Assembly: GCA_963706595.1 (NCBI GenBank)
Contig: OY970166.1
Coordinates: forward strand, 3,136,001-3,200,000
Length of the DNA: 64,000 bases
DNA from: an uncultured cyanobacterium
GTDB taxonomy: Bacteria > Cyanobacteriota > Cyanobacteriia > Cyanobacteriales > Nostocaceae
Reading direction: 5' to 3'
In this document: piece by piece, positions 20,316 to 31,608 of the stretch
How the letters are laid out: the number at the start of each line of letters is the position of its first letter
Numbering within the stretch: position 1 is the first letter of the stretch
Program-made: the position numbers and the translations under genes
The notes under the pieces: model-generated
Databases searched by the model: none
Seen by the model: only the letters and a program-made list of their open reading frames with translations
What the model was told of the DNA's origin: nothing

Positions 20316-20393
20316 GAAAAGTGTTGAGTGCTAAGTGGGGAAAGTACTGAGTGTTGAGTGCTGGGTGCTGAGTCAAGAAAGTTTTAAGTTAAG

Positions 20394-20518
20394 CAGGACT
20401 TACGCAAGTGTCACAAAAAATAAAATTTTTTTGCTGGTAGTAAGGGCTTCAGCCCTTATTTTGAGGACTAAAGTCCTCACTACAAACTTCAAATAATATG
20501 CCAGTTGCGTAAGTCCTA
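20394..20518. mobile_element. MITE with AGGACTTACGCA ends and a 5-bp target duplication
   Basis: AGGACTTACGCAA...TTGCGTAAGTCCT, TTAAG on both flanks, and an internal GTAG...CTAC double hairpin. Confidence 0.85.
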
Positions 20519-20549
20519 TTAAGAAAAAAGTTTTGAGTAAGTTTCTTTC

Positions 20550-20630
20550 CCCCCTGCACCCTGCACCCTGCCCCCCTGCCTCTTCCCCCCTGCACCCTGC
20601 ACCCTGCCCCCCTGCCTCTTCCCTGCCTCC
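20550..20630. repeat. STRR-type CCCTG(C/A) heptamer array
   Basis: Repeated CCCTGCA/CCCTGCC units. Similar arrays at ~10124, 32200, 34588, 37098, 49527 and 54930-55100. Confidence 0.85.
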
Positions 20631-20633
20631 TAT

Positions 20634-21131
20634 CTAGCTGTCGCCATTTCCAAAGCGCTTGATTAAATCTTCGGGGCGAAGATTGGAGATAAATTCACGG
20701 AAGGCTTGCTGTTCGGCTTCATCAGCATCGCGATCGACGGGAATTGAAGCATCAGAAACCACTTCTTCCATGACCCAGATCGGGGCATTTGTACGGAGAG
20801 CAACGGCGATCGCATCACTGGGACGCGCATCAATTTCTTTTTTGATTTCGCCTTGCTGGACAATTAAAGCAGCATAAAATGTATCCTTTTGCAAGGAGTG
20901 AATAATTACCTTTTCTAGAATCATGGAACATGACTCTAAAAGATTCACAATTAAGTCGTGTGTTAGCGGTCTGGGAGGCTTTTGATTTTCTAGCGCCCCC
21001 ATAATTGCCCTCGCTTGTTCCTGTCCAATATAGATTGGTAAAGCCCGCCGATCTGAGGCATCTTTCAAAAGTACGATGGGACTGCGGGTTATGGCATCTA
21101 ATGCTATGCCAGCGACTCTCATTTCAATCAT
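20634..21131 (-). CDS. Bifunctional nuclease family protein (DUF151)
   Basis: Motifs LPIYIG..QA.AI, PRPLTHDL and IDARPSDAIAVALR. Confidence 0.92.
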   Translation of the reverse strand: MIEMRVAGIALDAITRSPIVLLKDASDRRALPIYIGQEQARAIMGALENQKPPRPLTHDLIVNLLESCSMILEKVIIHSLQKDTFYAALIVQQGEIKKEIDARPSDAIAVALRTNAPIWVMEEVVSDASIPVDRDADEAEQQAFREFISNLRPEDLIKRFGNGDS

Positions 21132-21171
21132 TGCCTAAGCCTCTACAATCCTATTAACGATTGAACGCTCT

Positions 21172-21185
21172 GTAACAAATAATAC
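21172..21185. promoter_or_regulatory. Possible NtcA site (GTA-N8-TAC)
   Basis: GTAACAAATAATAC between the divergent DUF151 and ribE genes. No -10 box at the canonical ~22-nt spacing. Confidence 0.35.
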
Positions 21186-21470
21186 TGTTTTTTCGGTTAA
21201 TCTGGGGGCGAGAATAAACATAAGCATTGTTCTCTATAATTGCTTCTATTAAACTCCGAACTGGTTGCGAACACCAGAGTAAGTCAAAGTGGTCTACCTA
21301 GACAATAACCTTATTAACCAAGTATGCCCTGTGAAGGATGCGAATGTGTTAATAACTTTATAATAGAAACAGTCAGAAATTATACTTAATATGTGCGGCA
21401 TTAATGTCAGAATTACAGTGGATTTTTAGCATAATTAGGCAATTAATAGAATTAGTTTGAGAAAAAAGCC

Positions 21471-22133
21471 GTGTTTACAGGATTAATCCAAGCATTAGGA
21501 ACGATGAAACCCGTAGGGGGCGATTCATGGCAAATTACTTTTGTAAGTCAGTCCTCTGCTGTCATTATGCAGGATTTGGCTTACGGCGATAGCGTAGCTG
21601 TAGATGGAGTTTGCTTAACAGTAGAGAAAATTTTAAACGATGGGTTTATCGCCACTGCTTCACCGGAGACTCTACGCCGCACGACTCTGGGAGAAGAGCA
21701 AACACAGCAGGGATACGTCAATTTAGAAGCTTCGCTGCGGGTAGGGGGCAAAGTGGGCGGTCATTTTGTCATGGGTCATGTAGATGGTATCGGTCAATTA
21801 GTAACGGCCGCACAAACGGCTAGTTCTTGGGAAATGACTTTTACTGCACCCGAAGCGATCGCGCGGTATATTGTCCCCAAAGGTAGCATTGCTGTCAATG
21901 GTATCAGTCTCACAGTAGCTGAATATCAACCGGATTTGTCTCAGTTCACAGTCGCAGTCATTCCCCTCACTTATGACGATACAAATCTCCGCTATCTTGT
22001 CTCAGGCAGTTGGGTAAATTTAGAAGGGGATATTCTCGGCAAATATGTCGAGAAATTTCTTTCTCCTAGCAAACAACATTCAAAAACCGATATGCTGACA
22101 CCTGAGTTTTTAGCAGAACATGGGTATTTGTGA
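21471..22133 (+). CDS. ribE: Riboflavin synthase (alpha subunit)
   Basis: MFTGLI start; GDSVAVDGVCLTV, GGHFVMGHVDG and KGSIAVNGISLTV. Confidence 0.96.
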   Translation: MFTGLIQALGTMKPVGGDSWQITFVSQSSAVIMQDLAYGDSVAVDGVCLTVEKILNDGFIATASPETLRRTTLGEEQTQQGYVNLEASLRVGGKVGGHFVMGHVDGIGQLVTAAQTASSWEMTFTAPEAIARYIVPKGSIAVNGISLTVAEYQPDLSQFTVAVIPLTYDDTNLRYLVSGSWVNLEGDILGKYVEKFLSPSKQHSKTDMLTPEFLAEHGYL

Positions 22134-22139
22134 TTAGGA

Positions 22140-22165
22140 GGAGACGCGATGAATCGCGTCTCTAC
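22140..22165. repeat. REP-like palindrome AGAGACGCGAT-GA-ATCGCGTCTCTAC
   Basis: Related copies at 39171-39197, 56521-56548 and ~49667-49689. Confidence 0.8.
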
Positions 22166-22174
22166 AAGAGGGTG

Positions 22175-23884
22175 CTAGCTATCTGGTTGTTGGGTAACGC
22201 GAGCTGTTTGTAAAGCTTGTACCATCTGACTGAGGGCAACTTGTAATTGTACACCTGAGTCAACAGCAACCCAACCTTCTGGTTTGAGGTGGCGGACTTC
22301 AAAGTGCAGGTGAGGCCCTGTAGAGTTACCAGTGCTACCAACTCGCCCAATGACGGTTCCTTGTTCTACTCTTTGACCGGGTTGGACAAAAAGTTCGGAC
22401 AAATGAGCATAAAGGGTTTGTTGAGCAGAAGCGTGGTTAACAGTTACGGTTAAACCATAGCCACCCATCCAGTTGGCAGTTTGTACTGTACCTGCGGCGG
22501 CGGCTACTACTGGTGTCCCCGTTGGTGCTGCTAAATCTGTACCGGCGTGGAAGCGGCGATCGCCTGTAATGGGATGAGTTCTCCAACCAAATACAGAACT
22601 AATGCGAGCAGGTATAGAAAGCGGAAAGCTCATTCCCCCATCACTACGATAGGCGATTCTCCCAGTGAAGGGAATTTGTGGCAATACAGATGCTAATTGG
22701 AAGTCGTAAGCTACTGTACTGGGTCGGGGTGCAGTCTTCGCTGCTGTCATTGGTGGGGGTAGAGTTCCACCACTGGGTGCGATGGGAGATGCAGTAGCGA
22801 AATCGCTAGGGTTCGGGAGAAACCGATTCGGGCGATATGCAGTTTTGCTAGCACCACTAGATACAGCCTGATTAGGACTCCATCTGTTGTTGCTGTTATT
22901 TGTGGCTACTGGTCGAGCTACTGGTTGAGCTACTGGTCGAGCTGCTGCAACCTTCGCTACCTGAGTATTTTGGCTGGCTTGAAGCCAGTTGGGTGCTGTT
23001 TTACCAGAATTAGCTACTCCCTGATTCCGCGCAGTTTCCTGGGGTGCTTGAGCGCAATTATTGACTGATATAGTTTGCCCAGAGGGTAAAACGGTTTGAC
23101 AACCACTAGAGCGTTCTGTTAGCACCACAGAGTTAGGTGCTTGATAAGTCGCCGCCGTATTGGTGTTGTAATCGATGGGATCAATATAGGCGTTATTATA
23201 ATCCCTGGTTTTGCCTGTGCTGCCAATGGTTGCGCCGTTTGAGTTATTTGATGGTCTGGCAATTTCTGGGAGTTTTTCCGGTAAAGTCCGGGGTGTACTC
23301 GGTTGGGCTACTTCAGTTTTGGGTTTCTGCTGAGTCACATTTGCTCTAGGAGTAGAAACCTCAGCTTTGGGTTTCTGCTGAGTCACATTTGCTCTAGGAG
23401 TAGAAACCTCAACTTTGGGTTTCTGCTGAGTCACATTTGCTCTAGGAGTAGAAACCTCAACTTTGGGTTTCTGCGGAGTCACATTTGCTCTAGGAGTAGA
23501 AACCTCAACTTTGGGTTTCTGCGGAGTCACATTTGTTTTTGGAGGGGAAACTTCTTGTCTACTACGTAGTCTTTGTCTCAAATCAGCTTGCTGTTCTGCA
23601 ACTTCCGGCTGTGGTCGAGATAGTGCAGAAGAAACAGACTCTTTTTTGACTGTAGTTGGGATGACTACTGCTGGCTGAGAGCTTTCAACAGTGGGAACAA
23701 TATTATCTATACTTGATTCTGTTTGGGCAATTGCCAAGCCGCCACTTAAGAAACTAACACTACTTAGCAAAAAAAAGCTTTGTGCTGGTAGCGTAGATGC
23801 ATAAATTTGCAACAGCTTTCCGTAAGAATTGCGTCTGGATGAGTTGTTTAAATGGTGATGGGCAGATTTATGGCGCTGCGTCAT
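22175..23884 (-). CDS. M23 family metallopeptidase with a long Pro/Gln-rich repeat region
   Basis: FHAGTDLAAP (HxxxD), LYAHL and STGPHLHFEV (HxH). Confidence 0.92.
   Translation of the reverse strand: MTQRHKSAHHHLNNSSRRNSYGKLLQIYASTLPAQSFFLLSSVSFLSGGLAIAQTESSIDNIVPTVESSQPAVVIPTTVKKESVSSALSRPQPEVAEQQADLRQRLRSRQEVSPPKTNVTPQKPKVEVSTPRANVTPQKPKVEVSTPRANVTQQKPKVEVSTPRANVTQQKPKAEVSTPRANVTQQKPKTEVAQPSTPRTLPEKLPEIARPSNNSNGATIGSTGKTRDYNNAYIDPIDYNTNTAATYQAPNSVVLTERSSGCQTVLPSGQTISVNNCAQAPQETARNQGVANSGKTAPNWLQASQNTQVAKVAAARPVAQPVARPVATNNSNNRWSPNQAVSSGASKTAYRPNRFLPNPSDFATASPIAPSGGTLPPPMTAAKTAPRPSTVAYDFQLASVLPQIPFTGRIAYRSDGGMSFPLSIPARISSVFGWRTHPITGDRRFHAGTDLAAPTGTPVVAAAAGTVQTANWMGGYGLTVTVNHASAQQTLYAHLSELFVQPGQRVEQGTVIGRVGSTGNSTGPHLHFEVRHLKPEGWVAVDSGVQLQVALSQMVQALQTARVTQQPDS
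23318..23535. repeat. In-frame 48-bp tandem repeat (~4.5 copies) in the M23 gene
   Basis: Encodes NVT(P/Q)QKPKVEVSTPRA. Copies differ by 1-2 nt. Confidence 0.95.
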
Positions 23885-23967
23885 TGTTTCTCTCAGTTGT
23901 TTTAAATTAGTCTCAAGAGATGATGTCAGTGGTTTGTCTTGCCCAAAGAGCGAAATTTTGAACAAAC

Positions 23968-24786
23968 CTAAAATAAAACAGAAGATTTACCGTAACCCAA
24001 ACTGATTGTACCGGGTTCGACATAAATTTCTGGTGTTTTTATGTCATTTGGATCATCTATTTCAAAAGATACATGAAGATTCCCCTGTGAAGTTACGCCG
24101 ATGACAGTGCCTAAAACATTATTTATGCATACCTGATCACCGATATTTGTCAATAAATCTAAATATCGAGACAAGAGTACACTTATTCCTTCTTGGCACA
24201 GACACTGTATACCGGATTTTATTCCCAGTAAAACTGTGTTCGTGAGCATTTCCAGACAAGAGATAGCCTGAATAGACTGGGAAGCTTGCCAGGATTCGAG
24301 ATTGATGCCAGTATCAGGTACTGGGTTACTCCAGTTAATGCCGACACCAATCACTGCTTGTATGATCTGTCCATTGTGGACTTTTGTTTCTGTTAAGATG
24401 CCGCCGAGTTTGCGGCCATGCAAAACTAAGTCGTTCGGCCATTTAATGCCTACAGTTACGCCGCACTGACGCAACCCCGCAGCAATTCCCCATGCACTGG
24501 CTAAGGTGAGCTGATAACTATCCGCAGCTTCTAGTTTAGGAACAATACCCACCGAAAGGTATAGTCCCCCAGTGGGAGAAATCCACTGACGGCCCCATTG
24601 TCCTCTGCCAGAAGTTTGCTGAGTGGCAATTACTACAGACTTTTTATCAGCCCCTTGTTTGAGCAAGTCCCACAGGGTCTGATTTGTGGAGGGAACACTT
24701 TCAAAAATATGTAGGGAGGATGGTAAATAAGTATCCCCACGAGCCGATTTTATAATAGTTTCCAAGAGTTGCCGATCAAATCCCAC
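23968..24786 (-). CDS. birA: Biotin--acetyl-CoA-carboxylase ligase
   Basis: Motifs STN, QQTSGRGQWGRQW, IKWPNDL and KLGGIL.E. Confidence 0.94.
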   Translation of the reverse strand: MGFDRQLLETIIKSARGDTYLPSSLHIFESVPSTNQTLWDLLKQGADKKSVVIATQQTSGRGQWGRQWISPTGGLYLSVGIVPKLEAADSYQLTLASAWGIAAGLRQCGVTVGIKWPNDLVLHGRKLGGILTETKVHNGQIIQAVIGVGINWSNPVPDTGINLESWQASQSIQAISCLEMLTNTVLLGIKSGIQCLCQEGISVLLSRYLDLLTNIGDQVCINNVLGTVIGVTSQGNLHVSFEIDDPNDIKTPEIYVEPGTISLGYGKSSVLF

Positions 24787-24856
24787 AGCAGTTAACCGAA
24801 ATCCCGTTGTTCAAGTTAGCATTAATTGATTGATTTTTGTTTCGGTTTGGTTCAAG

Positions 24857-25625
24857 ATGCACACTTGGCACTGGCACAATTGGCAAGGACTACCCTATCT
24901 TACTAGTAGTCTTCTCAAAGATTGGCATCACGGCTTCTTTACTCAACAGTTTTGGCCGATCGCCTGAAGATTTGACAAAAGCACTGCACCCAGAAGCATC
25001 AGCTTATCGTTTGCAGCAGGTACATGGCAATATAGTTCTCACCCCACAAGAAATTGAGCAGCAGTTAGGCTCAGAAAATTCTAATTTAGTCTTGGGTGAT
25101 GGTTTAATCAGCGAAAACCCTCTACAAGCTCTCTGGGTAGCTAGCGCTGATTGTACACCTGTATTGATTGGCGATGTCAAAACTCGACAAGTAGCCGCAC
25201 TACACGCGGGTTGGCGAGGAACTGCGGCGAAGATTGTTCCCCAGGCGATCGCCCGACTACAAAATCAAGGTAGTCAACTCGCTGACTTACGGATTGCAAT
25301 GGGACCCGCGATCGCAGGTGAAGTTTATCAAGTTTCTCTGGAAGTCGCGGCGGAAGTTGGTGCTAGCATTACACATCATGTAGATTTACAGCAGATGATC
25401 GCTGCTTTGCATGACTTACCAAATTCACCTTTATTCGCAGACCCCGAACCCGGAAAAGTTAAATTGGATGTGCGACGAGTCAATGTTTTACAACTGGAAA
25501 GCTTAGGTATTAGCGCCGAACAAATTGCGATCGCGCCTTACTGTACTTACCAAACTCCAGAATATTTCTTTTCTTATCGTCGGGAGCAACAGAAAAAAGT
25601 TCAATGGTCAGGAATTGTCAGGTAA
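24857..25625 (+). pseudogene. pgeF: Peptidoglycan editing factor PgeF/YfiH, frameshifted at ~24956 (real or sequencing error)
   Basis: The N-terminus MHTWHWHNWQGLPYLT..WHHGFFTQQFW is in one frame (stop at 24965). The body (QVHG, ADCTPVL, HAGWRG, FFSYRR) is in another frame. Confidence 0.85.
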
Positions 25626-25692
25626 AAGCGAGACTTATGATGATTTTTTCGCTAAACTGTAAGCTCGATCATCGCAGTTGATTAAACACATT

Positions 25693-26523
25693 ATGCACTG
25701 GTTGTTATCTGGACCGTTGAGTATAGAGAGATTAACGGTTAAGATTGCTGGTTTGCCTGAATCTTTAGCAGGTAAGAAATTGGTACAAATGTCAGACTTT
25801 CATTATGACGGTTTGCAACTGTCAGAAGAAATGTTAGAACAGGCGATCGCAGCTAGCAACCAATTAAAGCCGGATTTAGTTTTATTGACTGGCGACTATG
25901 TAACCACAAGCGCCGCACCCATTCATGACCTAGCCTTACGACTAAAACAGCTACAAAGTCAGGCTGGTATTTATGCCATTTTAGGTAATCACGATACATA
26001 TTACAAACACTCAAAAAACGAAATTACCAACGCCCTAACTAACATCGGTGTCAATGTCCTGTGGAATCAAATCGCCTATCCTTTCGGAAAAGAATTACCA
26101 TTCGTAGGACTAGCCGATTGTTACTCACCAGACTTCAATCCCACAGCAGTCATGGAGCAACTAGACCCTGAAATCCCTCGGATTATCCTATCTCACAACC
26201 CTGATACTGCGGAATTATTGGCAAAGTGGCGAGTTGATTTGCAATTATCTGGTCACACCCACGGTGGACAAATTGTGATTCCCGGACTAGGACCTATGTT
26301 AAATTACTACAAACAAATTTTGCCAAATATACCGATGAAAGTACGGAATTACTTTCCCTTTCTGCAAAGAAACTACTTGATTATCCGTCATTGGGAATGG
26401 GCGCAAGGTTTACATCAAGTAGGAAATAATCAGCTATATGTCAATCGTGGTTTAGGGACTTATTTACCAGGACGTTTATTTTGTCCACCTGAAGTTACAG
26501 AAATTATCCTCCAAAGGGCATAG
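25693..26523 (+). CDS. Metallophosphoesterase (YaeI/YkuE-like), paralog 1
   Basis: Motifs SDFH, TGDY, GNHD, LSHNPD and SGHTHGGQ. Confidence 0.92.
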   Translation: MHWLLSGPLSIERLTVKIAGLPESLAGKKLVQMSDFHYDGLQLSEEMLEQAIAASNQLKPDLVLLTGDYVTTSAAPIHDLALRLKQLQSQAGIYAILGNHDTYYKHSKNEITNALTNIGVNVLWNQIAYPFGKELPFVGLADCYSPDFNPTAVMEQLDPEIPRIILSHNPDTAELLAKWRVDLQLSGHTHGGQIVIPGLGPMLNYYKQILPNIPMKVRNYFPFLQRNYLIIRHWEWAQGLHQVGNNQLYVNRGLGTYLPGRLFCPPEVTEIILQRA

Positions 26524-26610
26524 ATTACCGTGAAGTTTTGGCACTTACCAAAGATGTATTTTAATTTTTGATAAGCTGTAAACACTGGTCTGAGGAGTCG
26601 CTATTGCCCT

Positions 26611-27444
26611 ATGCACTGGTTGTTTACGGGACGTTTAAGAGTAGATGAAATAACGGTTAAGATTGCGGACTTACCAAAATCTTTACAAACGACAAAGCTA
26701 GTACAGTTGACAGATTTTCATTATGATGGTAAGAGAATTTCTGAAGAACTTTTAGCACAGGCGATCGCTGCTAGTAACCAAGCTGAACCCGATATAATTC
26801 TCTTAACTGGCGACTATGTAACCGACGATCCTACACCAATTCACGAACTAGCTTTACGGCTAAAAAAATTACAAAGTCGCTGTGGTATTTACGCCGTCCT
26901 CGGCAATCATGATATACATTACAAGCACTCCCAAGCAGAAATTACATCTGCTTTGACTAGCATAGGGGTTCATGTCCTGTGGAATCAAATCGCCTATCCA
27001 TTGGGAGAACAATTACCCATAGTCGGACTAGCTGAATATTGGTCACGGGAATTTAACCCGGAACCAGTCATGAATCTACTTAATTCTGATCTACCCCGCA
27101 TTGTTTTATCCCATAACCCAGATACTGCCAAAATTTTGCAAAAGTGGCGCGTAGATTTGCAACTATCTGGACATACTCACGGAGGCCATATTGTCATACC
27201 AGGATTTGGTCCCGCCATTTTTCATTATCAAAACCTGCTGAAAAAACTTCCGAAAAAACTGCGCCGTTGGGAACCATTATTATTAGGAGATTGTTCAAAA
27301 GTAGTGAAACATTGGGAATGGGCGAAAGGTTTTCATCAAGTGTCCAATAATCAATTATACGTCAATCGTGGCTTAGGCACTTATCGCCCAGGACGTTTAT
27401 TTTGTCCCCCCGAAGTTACTGTAATTACCTTAGTTAGCCAATAG
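26611..27444 (+). CDS. Metallophosphoesterase (YaeI/YkuE-like), paralog 2
   Basis: Same motif set as paralog 1; tandem duplicate. Confidence 0.92.
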   Translation: MHWLFTGRLRVDEITVKIADLPKSLQTTKLVQLTDFHYDGKRISEELLAQAIAASNQAEPDIILLTGDYVTDDPTPIHELALRLKKLQSRCGIYAVLGNHDIHYKHSQAEITSALTSIGVHVLWNQIAYPLGEQLPIVGLAEYWSREFNPEPVMNLLNSDLPRIVLSHNPDTAKILQKWRVDLQLSGHTHGGHIVIPGFGPAIFHYQNLLKKLPKKLRRWEPLLLGDCSKVVKHWEWAKGFHQVSNNQLYVNRGLGTYRPGRLFCPPEVTVITLVSQ

Positions 27445-27525
27445 TTATTTCTTAGTTATACCGCATAAAAAATGTTTGCTCATAGTCAGGACTTTAGTCC
27501 TGAATTTAGGAACTGAAGTCCCTAC

Positions 27526-27672
27526 TATAACGTTTCCTAATCATATAAGGTATATCATAGCCCCCTCCTCGCGGCGGAGAGAAGTCACAAGGAGGGTTTC
27601 CCTCCGGGTGAACTTCGGAGGAGGGGGTTGGGGGTGGGGTTCTTGTACTGCATTAAAGTGGGAAACGCTATA
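27526..27672. mobile_element. MITE family A, inverted copy with an internal hairpin insertion
   Basis: Reverse complement of the 15947 core, interrupted by GAAGTCACAAGGAGGGTTTCCCTCCGGGTGAACTTC. Confidence 0.8.
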
Positions 27673-27720
27673 CAAACCTTTTACTACTCGCTGAAATATT
27701 CGCTTTCATAATTTTTAGTC

Positions 27721-28665
27721 TTAACTCGGTTGAACAGGCCACAAAATGATTGTTTTATCACCACTTCCACTAGCTAGGGTTTGACCATCCGGGCTAAAAG
27801 CAAGGGAGTGAATTGATTCTTCATGTCCTGTGAGACTGCGGAGGAGATTTCCTGTATTCATCTGCCACAGTTTAATTATCTTGTCTTTACTTCCACTGGC
27901 TAAAGTTTTACCATCTGGACTGATAGCGATAGAACAAACATGATCAGAATGTCCACTCAAAGTAGAGATTTCTTGACCGTCTTGCAACTGCCATATTTTA
28001 ATTGTTTTGTCCCAACTTCCACTAGCTAAAATCTGACTATCTGGACTGAATACCAGAGAACTAATTCCGCCAAACCAGTCAGAATGTCCGGTGAGGGTTA
28101 AGACTTTTTGTTGATCCAAATACCAAAGCTTGATAGTTTTGTCATTACCAGCACCGCCACTAGCTAAAACCTTTCCATCTGGACTGAAGGCGACACATAG
28201 AACATCATCGGAATGTCCTTGGAGTGAGTATTTTTCCTTCTCTGTCTCTACTGACCACAATTTGACGGTTTTATCTTTACTACCACTGGCTAAAGTTTTG
28301 CCATCGCGACTAAAAGCAACACTATAAACCTTGTCTTCATGTCCGGTGAAAGTGCAAATTTCTCTTCCTGTCTGCACATCCCACAATTTAATAGTGTTGT
28401 CATCACTCGCACTAGCTAAAGTTTGACCATTGGGGCTAAAAGCTACAGAATTAATTCCCCCAGACCAGGAAGATTCGCCGTGACCTTGAAGGGTGGGGGT
28501 TTCGGTGTGAGTTAAAGACCAAATTTTGATGGTTTTGTCTTCGCTACCACTGGCTAATAACTTGCTATCTGGACTGAAGGCGACTGAGTTAACTTTGTCT
28601 GAATGTCCTTTGAGTATACGGACAGATATTAAGTTTTGGATCATTGGGTTCAGGCGATCGCCCAT
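27721..28665 (-). CDS. WD40-repeat protein (7 repeats)
   Basis: Seven GH..V.SVAFSPDG..LASGS.DKTIKLW units. Confidence 0.95.
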   Translation of the reverse strand: MGDRLNPMIQNLISVRILKGHSDKVNSVAFSPDSKLLASGSEDKTIKIWSLTHTETPTLQGHGESSWSGGINSVAFSPNGQTLASASDDNTIKLWDVQTGREICTFTGHEDKVYSVAFSRDGKTLASGSKDKTVKLWSVETEKEKYSLQGHSDDVLCVAFSPDGKVLASGGAGNDKTIKLWYLDQQKVLTLTGHSDWFGGISSLVFSPDSQILASGSWDKTIKIWQLQDGQEISTLSGHSDHVCSIAISPDGKTLASGSKDKIIKLWQMNTGNLLRSLTGHEESIHSLAFSPDGQTLASGSGDKTIILWPVQPS

Positions 28666-28712
28666 CCTAAAAACATAGTAAATTTATTTGCATTTTAGTA
28701 TAAGAAATTACA
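28636..28712. repeat. ~77-bp direct repeat, copy 1 (copy 2 at 29439-29516)
   Basis: TTGGATCATTGG.TT.AGGCGATCGC.CATCCTA.AAAC.TAGTAAATTTATTT..., roughly 80-85% identical by eye. Confidence 0.88.
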
Positions 28713-28727
28713 TTTTAATATGATCGC

Positions 28728-28898
28728 CTATGTAGTTTCAGATAATAATCTGACCAGAGGCTGAGTAATAATTTTTCTGTTTCTAGCTACCTGTTTTTTC
28801 CGTAAATCTTTACAAATTTCGTGCAAATCATAATTAAAAGATTTAGCGTGTTCTTCTCGGATTTTATAAATTTCTTCTAACACCTCATCTTTCCACAT
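28728..28898 (-). CDS. Small 56-aa protein, putative partner/antitoxin of the PIN protein (not in the ORF track)
   Basis: MWKDEVLEEIYKIREEHAKSFNYDLHEICKDLRKKQ... starts 2 nt after the PIN stop, with GGAG upstream. Confidence 0.75.
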   Translation of the reverse strand: MWKDEVLEEIYKIREEHAKSFNYDLHEICKDLRKKQVARNRKIITQPLVRLLSETT

Positions 28899-28900
28899 AG

Positions 28901-29374
28901 TTAGTCTCCCATAAGTTCATAAGGTGTACAAATTGTTGGTAGTTCATATCCAGATTGAATACTAATTTGTGAGAGTTTTTTCTGGATTTGTGCATTGGCA
29001 ATATGTTTACAGTTCCATGTTAACAAATAATCTAATTTATAAACAGTAGCTAAGGCAATATGCAAGGCATCATCAGACGCTTTAGGAGGAAGATTGCTTT
29101 TTATCAGAAATTGCTGGGCTAATTCTTCCACTGCTTCATTGAGTGCTAATAATGGTAATTCATTTATTAGATCCAGCCGTTTAGTAGCTATTTCTTGATC
29201 TCCTCTGGCTAATTCTTCTAAAACTACTTCCGAGATATATAGAGTAAAATTTTGCCGCCGAGTATCCCACCAATTCTGTGTAATTACTGAATTTGAAGCA
29301 GTAATTAGATTGGTGCTTGGTCTAATTGTAAGATAACCAATAATACTTGTATCAAGGTATAGACTTTCAATCAT
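28901..29374 (-). CDS. PIN-domain (VapC-like) ribonuclease toxin
   Basis: Motifs LYLDTSII, ISEVVLEEL, DALHIALA and LLTWNCKHIAN. Confidence 0.9.
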   Translation of the reverse strand: MIESLYLDTSIIGYLTIRPSTNLITASNSVITQNWWDTRRQNFTLYISEVVLEELARGDQEIATKRLDLINELPLLALNEAVEELAQQFLIKSNLPPKASDDALHIALATVYKLDYLLTWNCKHIANAQIQKKLSQISIQSGYELPTICTPYELMGD

Positions 29375-29518
29375 TATTATTCATTAATGAGGCAAAATTC
29401 TTGATTACTTTACTATATCAACACCATCCGATTTATCATTGGATCATTGGTTTGAGGCGATCGCTCATCCTAGAAACCTAGTAAATTTATTTTTAATTCT
29501 AGTATGGAAAGTTACAAA

Positions 29519-31259
<1,741 letters not shown>

Positions 31260-31302
31260 AACTACTGCTATCATAGTATGTGCTTGCATAAGCTTTGTAC
31301 TT

Positions 31303-31376
31303 GGGGCTGTAGCTCAGATGGATAGAGCGAGCGCCTCCTAAGCGCTAGGTCGCCGGTTCGAGCCTGGCCAGTCCCG
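31303..31376 (+). tRNA. tRNA-Arg(CCT)
   Basis: Acceptor GGGGCTG/CAGTCCC, D arm AGCTCAGATGGATAGAGC, anticodon arm AGCGC-CT-CCT-AA-GCGCT, T arm GCCGG-TTCGAGC-CTGGC. CCA is not encoded. Confidence 0.95.
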
Positions 31377-31608
31377 TCCCAGAAGACAATTCCATGAAAC
31401 AGAGGGTCGGAAATATTTGATCAATTTTCCGATCCAGTGTAAAATACGGCATCAATCACAATAGATGATGTTAATACACATTTAAAGCTGTATTCGAGAA
31501 AAATATAAGTTCATACTGGGGTAGATTTGGCAAAAATCTGTTACCTTACATAATTGTTTATCTTTTTTCATAGAAAATCCTGACCTCAACAGCCGAAAGT
31601 ATAGAGTC

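Noticed and set aside
23318..23535. Regular repeats as a possible CRISPR array (also 8053-8248)
   Set aside because: The units are contiguous without unique spacers, are multiples of 3, lie inside ORFs, and no cas genes are present.
31303..31376. tRNA-Arg as an integration site for an island or prophage
   Set aside because: I found no integrase and no duplicated tRNA 3' end, and the flanking genes are core-type.
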